This document shows positions 48,752 to 56,908 of a DNA stretch of 64,000 bases, one piece after another; positions within the stretch are counted from its first letter, which is position 1; each line of letters opens with the position of its first letter. The stretch covers positions 1 through 64,000 of the forward strand of contig CAVSGP010000008.1 in the NCBI GenBank assembly GCA_963727505.1, read 5' to 3'. This stretch comes from an uncultured Trueperaceae bacterium (GTDB taxonomy: Bacteria > Deinococcota > Deinococci > Deinococcales > Trueperaceae). The position numbers and the translations under genes were made by a program. The notes under the pieces were generated by a model, which worked only from the letters and a program-made list of their open reading frames with translations, was not told the DNA's origin and did not search any database.

Positions 48752-51019
48752 ATGGCGCCGATCGTCGCGCTCGGGATCGACCGCCTGGTGACCGACCCCG
48801 AGGTCTGGTTGCGGGGGCGCCGGGTGGCGCTGCTCGCCAACCATGCCTCGCTCACCTCCGAACACCGGCCCAGCGTGGACGCGCTGGGAGAGGCTCTGGG
48901 CGGCGGCCTGACGGCGTTGCTGACCCCCGAGCATGGGGCGAGCGGCTTCGAGGAGGATGCCACCGCCGTCCCGGACGGGCGTGACGCCCGCACCGGTCTC
49001 CCCGTCCACAGCCTCTACGGGCCGCGACGGCGACCCGACCCCGAGCTGCTGCGCCGCCTCGACGCGGTCGTGGTGGACCTGCGGGACGTTGGCGTGCGTT
49101 GCTACACGTACGCCACCAGCGTGGCCCTGCTGCTCGAAGCCGCTCGCGAGACGGGCACCGAGGTGCTGGTGTGCGACCGGCCGTCGTTGCTCGGCCCGCG
49201 GGTCGACGGTCCCGCGCTCGACAGCGCGCGCCGTTCGTTCCTGGCGTATCTCGACGTTCCTCTCCAGCACGGCCTCACGCTGGGCGAGCTCGCCCGCCGC
49301 CATGCGCGCCGGCTCGGCGGCGCGCCGCTGCGCGTGATCGCGGTCGAGGGGTGGCGCCGCGGCCAGCCGGATCCCGGGCCCTTCGTGCCCCCATCGCCCG
49401 GTCTGCCCTCGGCGGCTTCCGTGGCGTTGTACCCGGGGCTGGTCGCCCTCGAGGGCACCGGGCTCTCCGAGGGCCGTGGCACGCCGCTCCCCTTCGAGCT
49501 GGTGGGCGGTCCGGACGTCGACGGGCACGCGCTGGCCCGGGAACTGAACGCCCTCGGGCTGGGGGGCGTGTGGGCGCGGCCGGTGGCGTTCCGCCCGGAC
49601 AGCGGCAAGCTCATGGGGCTGGCGTGCCAAGGGGTGCAGCTCCACCTCTCCGACCCCGCCGCGCTGCGGCCGCTCGAGCTCGGCGCCGCCGTGCTGCGCG
49701 CGCTGTTCGCGGCCGGGAAGGTGAGCTGGCGGCGGTCGGACGCCATGCCGTGGGCGCAGGCGCCGGACGCGGGGCGGCCCTGGCACGAGCCGGTGGAGGG
49801 CTTGCTGGTCGATGCCCTGTTGGGCGACGACAGTTTCCGTGCGGTGGCGGAGGGGCGGGTGTCGTTCGCGGATGCGGCCGGGCTCTGGGCGGAGCAGCAC
49901 CACGCCTACCTGGAGGCGTTGGACGGCGACCTGCTGTACCGTCCTGCACCTGCTGCATGGCCTGCAGGGACGTCGCAGGTGGCGTCGCGGGTGGCGCCGC
50001 ATGGTCCAGCGCTCGGAGCGAGTCCGGCGCGGGCGGCGCCTCCGAGCGACGCGCGTCCGGCAGGGAACGACGCGCCGGCGGCGAGCCAAGGGACGCGTCA
50101 GGGCGGCCCGCTCGGCCTCGGCATCGACGCGGGCGGCTCGAGCACGCGCTGGCGGCTCGAGGGCCCCGCCGGGGCGGTGGCGGAGGGGCGGTTGCCAGCA
50201 CTCGCCGGGCACCTCTACGACGACGCCGGGCGCAGCGATGCCGGCGCCCGGTTGAGCGAGCTGGCGGCGGCGGTGGCCGCCGCCTCGGCCGAGCCGCCGA
50301 CGGCGGTGGTGGCCGGCGTCACGGGCCTGGCGCAGGCAGGCGCAGAAGCCACCTGGCTGCGTCGCGAGCTGGCCGCCGGGATCGGCCTTGCCGAAGCGGC
50401 GGTGACCGTGCTCGACGACATCGAGCTGGCCCTCAGGGCGGCCTTCGCGGGGGACGACGGTGTGCTGGTGTACGCCGGCACCGGTGCGATCGCCGTCGCC
50501 CGCGCGGGCGGTCAGCGGCTTCGCGCGGGTGGCCACGGCTACCTCCTGGACGACGATGGAGGGGGCTTCTCGATCGGGCGCGCGGCGCTCCGCGCCGTGC
50601 TGCGCCAGACCGACGCCCGTGGCAGCACGCCGGACACACCTCTCGCGCACCGGCTCTACGGCGCGATCGGGGGTGCCGACTGGGACAGGGTGCGCGCCTA
50701 CGTCTACGGCGGCGGTCGCGGCGCCGTGGCGGCGCTGGTGCCGCTCGTCGTGCAGGCGGCGGCCGACGGGGACGGCGAGGCGCGCGCGATTCTGACGTGG
50801 GCCGGAGAGGAGCTCGCGCGCCTCGCCCGCCTCCTGCTCCAGCGCTGCGGCGAGCCGCGCCCGGTGGCTCTGGCAGGGGGGGTGGCCAAGGTCGGAGGCG
50901 CGCTCGAGGCGAGGTTCCGGGGCGCGCTGCCGGCGGGTACGGAAGTCCGCGTGCTCACGGACGAACCTGTCCGTGCGGCGGCCCGCCTGGCGTGGGTAGC
51001 AGCGCAGGGCGCGCGATAA
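48752..51019 (+). CDS. Fusion of a NamZ-like exo-beta-N-acetylmuramidase (DUF1343) and a BadF/BcrAD-type amino-sugar kinase
   Basis: N-terminal PEHG, SLYG..RRP, DLRDVGVRCYTY, HGLTLGELA, PSPGLP, SEGRGTPLPFELVG; Pro/Ala linker; C-terminal GIDAGGSST, AGTGA, RAGGHGYLLDDDGGG, LAGGV. Confidence 0.85.
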   Translation: MAPIVALGIDRLVTDPEVWLRGRRVALLANHASLTSEHRPSVDALGEALGGGLTALLTPEHGASGFEEDATAVPDGRDARTGLPVHSLYGPRRRPDPELLRRLDAVVVDLRDVGVRCYTYATSVALLLEAARETGTEVLVCDRPSLLGPRVDGPALDSARRSFLAYLDVPLQHGLTLGELARRHARRLGGAPLRVIAVEGWRRGQPDPGPFVPPSPGLPSAASVALYPGLVALEGTGLSEGRGTPLPFELVGGPDVDGHALARELNALGLGGVWARPVAFRPDSGKLMGLACQGVQLHLSDPAALRPLELGAAVLRALFAAGKVSWRRSDAMPWAQAPDAGRPWHEPVEGLLVDALLGDDSFRAVAEGRVSFADAAGLWAEQHHAYLEALDGDLLYRPAPAAWPAGTSQVASRVAPHGPALGASPARAAPPSDARPAGNDAPAASQGTRQGGPLGLGIDAGGSSTRWRLEGPAGAVAEGRLPALAGHLYDDAGRSDAGARLSELAAAVAAASAEPPTAVVAGVTGLAQAGAEATWLRRELAAGIGLAEAAVTVLDDIELALRAAFAGDDGVLVYAGTGAIAVARAGGQRLRAGGHGYLLDDDGGGFSIGRAALRAVLRQTDARGSTPDTPLAHRLYGAIGGADWDRVRAYVYGGGRGAVAALVPLVVQAAADGDGEARAILTWAGEELARLARLLLQRCGEPRPVALAGGVAKVGGALEARFRGALPAGTEVRVLTDEPVRAAARLAWVAAQGAR

Positions 51020-51061
51020 CGCTTCGATACCGCCGGGTCTGGCGCGCGGCCGCGAGCCTAC

Positions 51062-52045
51062 TCAGCCGTGCGCCAGACCCTCCCGCACGAAGCGGAGCTG
51101 CTCCAGCACGTGGAGCGTCTCGCCGCCCTCGTGCCCGTTGAAGCGGTACAGGCGCAGGGTCTTGGGTCCGGCGTAGTGGTTGTAGGTGGCGTACACCGTC
51201 GACGGCGGTGAGATGAGGTCCATCAGGCCCGCCGAGAACAGGGCGCGCGCCGAGGCCCGGGCCGCGAAGTTCATGCCGTCGAAGTAGGCCAGGGTCGCGA
51301 AGACGGCGCCCACCTTGCCCTTGTGGACCTTGCAGTAGCCGGCGATCTCGGCGTAGGGCGCAGCGTCGGTGATGGTGGCGGCGCGCTCGAAGTGGCACAG
51401 GAAGGGCACGTCCGGCAACGCCAGCGGCAGGTCGGGCACCAGGCCCGCCAGCGCCAGCGTGAGGCCGCCGCCCTGGCTCCGGCCGGTGGCCGCCACGCGT
51501 GCCGGGTCGACCGCCGGATGGGCGCGCAGGGTGCCCAGCGCCCGGACCGCGTCGGTGTACAGGCGACGGAAGTAGTAGGTCTCCGGGTCGAGGATGCCCG
51601 CCGTCATGAAGCCGGGATGGTGCGGCCCGGTGGCGTTGGGGTCGTCCATGGGATCGGCCGTGGCTCCCTCCAGCCAGGCGCTCCCCTGGCCGCGGGTGTC
51701 CATCACCAGCGTGGCGAAGCCGGCGCTGGGCCACAGCAACCAGTCGGCGGGGAAGCCGCGACCGCCTCCGTAGCCGATGAACTCCACCATGCCCGGTAGC
51801 GGCCCGTCGCGGAGCTTCGGCAAGAGCAGCCAGCCGCGCACCGGCTGGCCCGCGAAGCCGGCGAAGGTGACGTCGAAGGCGTCGATGGTTGCCAGACCGG
51901 CGTCGAACGGTTCGAAGCGCGGCTCCCAGGCGCGTGCTTCGGCGTCGTCGAGGGTTGCTTTCCAGAAGGCATCGAAGTCATCGGGTGCGGTGAGGGGCGG
52001 GAGGTAGCGTTCGAGTTCCTCCAGGGGCAGGTCGAAGACAGCCAT
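51062..52045 (-). CDS. Acetylxylan esterase / cephalosporin-C deacetylase (CE7)
   Basis: FDLPLEEL, GYGGGRG, DTRGQG, GRSQGGG, PPSTV, NGHEGG. Confidence 0.93.
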   Translation of the reverse strand: MAVFDLPLEELERYLPPLTAPDDFDAFWKATLDDAEARAWEPRFEPFDAGLATIDAFDVTFAGFAGQPVRGWLLLPKLRDGPLPGMVEFIGYGGGRGFPADWLLWPSAGFATLVMDTRGQGSAWLEGATADPMDDPNATGPHHPGFMTAGILDPETYYFRRLYTDAVRALGTLRAHPAVDPARVAATGRSQGGGLTLALAGLVPDLPLALPDVPFLCHFERAATITDAAPYAEIAGYCKVHKGKVGAVFATLAYFDGMNFAARASARALFSAGLMDLISPPSTVYATYNHYAGPKTLRLYRFNGHEGGETLHVLEQLRFVREGLAHG

Positions 52046-52126
52046 GGGGCTTCCTTCCTCGCGCGGTGTGCCGCGGGCACGCCCAGGCTACCCGGTCGAG
52101 CGGCGCTTCTCGGCGCTGCGTGCGGG

Positions 52127-52314
52127 TCACACGTCTCGCCCGCGCAGGGTGGGGTCCAGCAGGTCCCGCATGCGCGGCATGCTTGTGCGTGGGCTGTCCT
52201 ATCACGTCTCGTCCCGCGCAGGGTGGGGTCCAGGAGGTCCCGCATGCGCGGCATGCTTGTGCGTGGGGCCTACACGTCCCTCCCGCGCAAGGTCGGGTCC
52301 AGGAGGTCCCGCAT
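52127..52314 (-). repeat. Three tandem copies of the oppC 3' end (69-74 bp period)
   Basis: Copies at 52270-52314, 52199-52245 and 52127-52171, separated by a shared CCCACGCACAAGCATGCCGCGC spacer. Confidence 0.9.
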
Positions 52315-53118
52315 GCCGTCGCCGAAGAGATTGAAGCCCAGCGAGGCCAGCAGGATGGCGAGTCCCGAGACGATCGACACCCAGGGCGAGAGGAGCATGT
52401 AGTCGCGGCTCTGCGAGAGCATCAGGCCCAGCGAGGGGGTGGGCGGCTGCGTGCCGAGGCCGAGGAAGCTCAGGCTGGCCTCGACCAGGATGGCGGTGGA
52501 GAGCGAGAGCGTGGTCTGCACCAGGATGGGCGCAAGGATGTTGGGCAGCACGTGGCGCATGATGATGCGCCCACCTCCCGCTCCCACCGCGCGGGCCGCG
52601 GCGACGTAGTCCCACGACAGCACTGTCAGTGCGGGCCCACGGGCGAGCCGCGCGAAGATCGGCGTGTAGACGATGCCGATCGCCAGCGCCGTGTTGGTGC
52701 CGCCCGGACCCAGCACGGCCAGCACCGCGATGGCCAGCAGGATGATGGGGAATGCCAGCAGCACGTCCATGAGGCGCATCAGCAGGCGGTCGACCCAGCC
52801 GCCGAGGTACGCGGCGACAAGGCCGATGGTGGAGCCCAGCAACGTCGACAGGGCCACGGCACCGAACGACACCGCGATGGAGGTGCGGTAGCCGAAGAGG
52901 ATGCGCGCCAGGGTGTCCCGGCCGAAGTTGTCCGTGCCGAGCAAGTGGTGGAGGCTGGGTCCCTCGAAGCGCTCCAACACGCTCTGGTGCAGAGGGTCGA
53001 TGCCGACGACCCAGGGTCCGACGGAAGCGGCCAGCGCGACCAGGACAGCCAGCACGAAGCCCAGCATGCCGACGCGGTTGCGCCACAACCGCGCCAGGAA
53101 GTGACGCACGGGCGCCAT
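52270..53118 (-). CDS. Peptide ABC permease, OppC/DppC-like
   Basis: HLLGTDNFGRD, HVLPNIL, EASLSFLGLG, GDGMRDLLDP. Confidence 0.93.
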   Translation of the reverse strand: MAPVRHFLARLWRNRVGMLGFVLAVLVALAASVGPWVVGIDPLHQSVLERFEGPSLHHLLGTDNFGRDTLARILFGYRTSIAVSFGAVALSTLLGSTIGLVAAYLGGWVDRLLMRLMDVLLAFPIILLAIAVLAVLGPGGTNTALAIGIVYTPIFARLARGPALTVLSWDYVAAARAVGAGGGRIIMRHVLPNILAPILVQTTLSLSTAILVEASLSFLGLGTQPPTPSLGLMLSQSRDYMLLSPWVSIVSGLAILLASLGFNLFGDGMRDLLDPTLRGRDV

Positions 53119-54068
53119 CACCCGTACTCCACCCGCGGGTCGATCCAGGCGTAGGCCAGGTCGACGAGCAGGTTGACCACCACGAACACCGCGGTGATGG
53201 CGAGGACGATGCCCTGGATGAGCGGGTAGTTGCGCTGGTTGATGGCGCCGATGATCAGACGTCCGATGCCGGGGATGGCGAACACCTGCTCGATGACCAC
53301 CACGCCCGACAGCAGGTATCCGAGCTGCACGCCGATCACCGTGACGACCGGGATCATGGCGTTGCGCAGGGCGTGCTTGTAGAGCACCGGCCGTTCCGCC
53401 AGGCCCTTGGAGCGCGCCGTGCGGACGTAGTCGCTGTTGAGCACGTCGAGCAGGCTCGAGCGCAGGATGCGCGTCAGCCCCGCGATCATCGGTAGCGACA
53501 CGGCCACCACCGGCAGCGCCATGCGCGCCAGGTTGCCGAGCGGATCCTGGCCGAACGGGACGTACCCGATCGCCGGCCAACCCGGCAGATAGAGCGAGAA
53601 GACGAGCAGCATCAGCACGCCGACCCAGAAGGTCGGCAGCGTCAATCCCACGATCGACAGCACCCGAACCACCAGGTCGCTGGCGCTTCCGCGCGCGCGG
53701 GCCGACAGGACCCCGAGTGGGAAGGAGAGCACCAGCGCCAGCAGCAGCGCCAGTCCCGTGATCTCGAGGGTGGCGGGCGCGCGCGCCAGGATCTCGGCGC
53801 TCACCGGCCGCCCGGTCCAGATGCTGGTACCCAGGTCGCCGTGCAGCACGCCCGTCAACCAGCGCCAATATTGCGCGTGGATGGGCAGGTCGAGGCCCAG
53901 GCTGTGGCGCAGCGCGGCGACCCGGTCGGGCGTGATGTCGGTGTTGGCCCCCAGCATGATCTCGACGGCGTCCCCGGGGATGAAGCGCACCATCAGGAAC
54001 ACCAGGATCGAGACGCCGAGTAGCACGAAGGCGAGGTCGATGAGGCGGCGGGCGATGTAACCGATCAT
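53118..54068 (-). CDS. Peptide ABC permease, OppB/DppB-like
   Basis: PGD, GDLGTS, DYVRTARSKGL, HALRNA, DLAYAWIDPRV. Confidence 0.93.
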   Translation of the reverse strand: MIGYIARRLIDLAFVLLGVSILVFLMVRFIPGDAVEIMLGANTDITPDRVAALRHSLGLDLPIHAQYWRWLTGVLHGDLGTSIWTGRPVSAEILARAPATLEITGLALLLALVLSFPLGVLSARARGSASDLVVRVLSIVGLTLPTFWVGVLMLLVFSLYLPGWPAIGYVPFGQDPLGNLARMALPVVAVSLPMIAGLTRILRSSLLDVLNSDYVRTARSKGLAERPVLYKHALRNAMIPVVTVIGVQLGYLLSGVVVIEQVFAIPGIGRLIIGAINQRNYPLIQGIVLAITAVFVVVNLLVDLAYAWIDPRVEYG

Positions 54069-54116
54069 GCGGGCACGGGTGTCATGCGCGAACCTTGAGC
54101 GCTCGGGGGCGCGAGA

Positions 54117-54144
54117 GGGGTGGGGGCGCACACGCCCCCACCCC
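54117..54144 (-). terminator. Hairpin after the binding-protein gene
   Basis: ggggtgggggcg-caca-cgcccccacccc. Confidence 0.65.
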
Positions 54145-54189
54145 AGGCTAGCCCGAAGGGCCGCTTCGAGCGCGACGGGAACGGCGGCG

Positions 54190-55690
54190 CTACGGCAGGC
54201 TCACCTCGCGCAGGTAGCGCAGGCCGCGCGTGGGCATCTGCTGGAAGCCCTGGACGTTGTCGCGCAGGCCCGTGAAGAGCGTCCCGTAGGCGATGTGGAC
54301 GATGGGTCCGGTGCAGGCGAGCTGCTTCTGGAGGTTGTCGTAGATCGCCTGGCGCTGGCCCTTGTCGGCGGTGGTGCGGCCCTGGTCGAGCAGGGTGTCG
54401 ACCGACGGGTCGCTGAACTTGAAGATGTTGGTCGAGCCGCCGGTGTGGAACGTGCGGTAGAGGTAGCCGTCGGGGTCGGTGGAGCCGCCGTTCAGGCTCA
54501 CGAACATGTCGAAGTTCGAGTTCTTCCAGTCCTGGACGAACTTGCCGAACTCCTCCACATCGACCTTGGCGTCGATGCCGACCTGCGCGAGCTGCGCCTG
54601 GAGCACCTGGGCGGTGTCGGACACCTCCTTGATGGTGCCGAAGGTGATGATGGTGGTCTTGAAGCCGTTGGGGTAGCCGGCGTCGGCCAGCAACTGCTTG
54701 GCCTTCGCCACGCTGGGCTGGTAGCAGGGGAACTGCGAGACCGGCACGGCCCAGTCCTTCAGCGCCGGGCTGAGTGGGCCGCCCGGCACGGCGTTGCCGA
54801 GGTAGACGGCCTGCACGATGTCGGAGCGGTTCACCGCGTAGTTGATGGCCTCACGCACGCGCGGGTCGTCGAAGGGCTTGCGGCTGACGTTGAGGCCGAG
54901 CAGCGAGTAGGCAAGATCTTGCGTGCCCATCACGGTGACGCCGCCGGCGTTCTTGAGCGTCTGCGCGGTGACGGGGTCGACCGTGGGGAGGAGCTGGTAG
55001 GTGCCGGTGCGCAGCCCCGCGGCCCGGGTGGACGCCTCGGGCACGATGTTGAACTTGAGCTCGGCCACCTTGGGCTCGCCCGGCCGGTAGTAGTCGGGGT
55101 TCGCCTTGAGCAGCACGTAGGTGTCGGGGACGACCTTGTCGAGCTCGAAGGGGCCGGTGCCGACCGCCACCTTCTGCAGGTTGCCGTTGGCCTCGACGAC
55201 CTCCTTGGGCACGACGTAGAGGTTGGTGAGGTTGGCGAGGAAGGGAGCGAACGGCTCCTTCAGCGTGAAGCGCACCTCGTACGGTCCCGTGGCCTCGATC
55301 TTGGACACCTCGCTGAAGCGGCTGGCCTGCGGCGAGCCGGTGTTGGGGTCCATGATGCGGTCGTAGGAGTAGACGACGTCGGCCGACGTCATCTGCGCGG
55401 CCGTTGTGGAACTTGACGCCCTGGCGCAGCTCGAACGTGTAGCTCAGGCCGTCGGGCGACACCGACCACGACGTCGCCAGCGCGGGCTCGAGCTGGAGCT
55501 TGCTGTTGACCTCCAGCAGCCCCTCGTAGATCTGGTCGACCACGGCGAAGGACGAGAAGGCCGTGACGATGTCGGGGTCGAGACCGACCGGCGATTGGTC
55601 GACGGCGATCTCGAGCGTTCCCTGTTGCGCATACGCCAGGCTCATGGCGGCGACGAGCGCTGCTACGAGCAGACCGATACGGATTCGCAT
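54190..55690 (-). CDS. Peptide ABC substrate-binding protein (family 5), split by a 1-nt frameshift near 55393-55398
   Basis: AAGGAGG RBS; signal peptide; PALATSW..YTFELRQGVKFHNGR continues as MTSADVVYS..GTGPF in the adjacent frame. Confidence 0.88.
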
Positions 55691-55771
55691 ACCAACCTCC
55701 TTCTGCGATGGTGGCAGGGAAGCCCGTCCCCCACGCAAGCCACGGCTGCCGACGGAACAATTGCGACGCGC

Positions 55772-55815
55772 CTAGTGTACCATTCCCAGACCAGTCGATT
55801 CAATCGTGCTAGCGT
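55772..55815. promoter_or_regulatory. Divergent promoter region with TGGTAC-like direct repeats
   Basis: Minus strand TTGAAT-N18-TACACT containing TGGTCT-N5-TGGTAC; plus strand TGcTAGCGT 7 nt before the ATG at 55823. Confidence 0.5.
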
Positions 55816-55822
55816 TGCGGCC

Positions 55823-56908
55823 ATGAACCATGCAGCAGCGGCCGAGGCCCGGGGCCGGGACGCCGTGGCAGCCGCCCTCGAGGCGGCGGTCGCGGACGGG
55901 ACGGTGCCGGGAGGCGTGCTCCTGGTCGGCGGCGCCGACCACGTCTGGGACCCCGTCGTCGCCGGCGTACGGCGCTACGGGGGGGAGCGCGTGACGCGCG
56001 ACACCCGCTACGACCTCGCCTCGCTCACCAAGGTCGTCGGCTGCCTGAGCGCCCTGTTGCACCTCCTCGACGCCGGTGCGCTGACCCTGGACGACCCGGT
56101 CCGGAAGTTCTTCAGCAACGCCGGCTGGTTCCAGGAACCCTCGCTCGGCGACGTTCGCCTCGAAGCGCTCGCCACCCACGTGTCGGGCCTGCCGGCGTGG
56201 CGGGCGCTGTTCGCGCAGGTCACAGGGCGCCGCATGGCCCTGGCCAGCGTGTTGCAGACGCCGCTCGAAGGGCCCGCCGACCGCTTCCGCTACTCCGATC
56301 TCGGGGTCATCGTCCTGACGGCCGTCATCGAGCGCGTCGCCGGGGAGCGGATCGATGCGCTGCTGGCGCGCGAAGTCTTCGAGCCGCTCGGCATGGACCG
56401 CACCGGCTACGGCCCGCTCGACCCCGGCCTCCCCGTCGCCGCCACCGAGGACGACGGCCTGCGCGGTGGTGTCCTGCAGGGCGTCGTCCACGACGAGAAC
56501 GCCTGGGCGTTGGAGGGTATCTCCGGGCACGCCGGCCTGTTCGCCCCGGCTTCCGACGTGCTCGCCTTCGGCCTGGCCTGGCTGCGGCTCCAGGCGCCGT
56601 TCGCCTCGGAGGGCACGCTCCGGTCGGCCCTGCGCGATCGCTCCGGCGGCGAGGGCGCTCGTCGCGGCCTGCTGTGGCGCCTGGGCGAGCCCGATGGGTT
56701 CTTCGGGCCGGAGACGACGGAGGCGGCGTTCGGGCACACCGGCTTCACCGGCACCAGCCTGGTGGTGGAGCCGCGTCAGGGCTGGACGGCCGCCCTCCTC
56801 ACCAACCGCGTGCACCCGACCCGCGAGGCGGGTGCCGGGATCGACGACCTGCGCAGGCGCGTGCACGGCCTGGTGGCCGGCGCGTTCGACGAGGAGGCGC
56901 TGCGATGA
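55823..56908 (+). CDS. Beta-lactamase-fold serine hydrolase; AmiE-like MurNAc-L-alanine amidase by context
   Basis: DLASLTK (SxxK), YSDLG, GVVHDENA, GHAGLF, GHTGFTG, LTNRVHP; no signal peptide. Confidence 0.8.
   Translation: MNHAAAAEARGRDAVAAALEAAVADGTVPGGVLLVGGADHVWDPVVAGVRRYGGERVTRDTRYDLASLTKVVGCLSALLHLLDAGALTLDDPVRKFFSNAGWFQEPSLGDVRLEALATHVSGLPAWRALFAQVTGRRMALASVLQTPLEGPADRFRYSDLGVIVLTAVIERVAGERIDALLAREVFEPLGMDRTGYGPLDPGLPVAATEDDGLRGGVLQGVVHDENAWALEGISGHAGLFAPASDVLAFGLAWLRLQAPFASEGTLRSALRDRSGGEGARRGLLWRLGEPDGFFGPETTEAAFGHTGFTGTSLVVEPRQGWTAALLTNRVHPTREAGAGIDDLRRRVHGLVAGAFDEEALR

Noticed and set aside
52127..52314. Repeats as a CRISPR array or a DGR template/variable repeat
   Set aside because: The spacers are near-identical rather than unique, the unit is a gene end, and there is no cas or reverse transcriptase gene in the window
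53119..53868. 532-aa OppC
   Set aside because: The N-terminal part is an off-frame reading of oppB
55823..56908. Beta-lactamase resistance gene
   Set aside because: No signal peptide, and the motifs and coupling to anmK fit an AmiE-like amidase better
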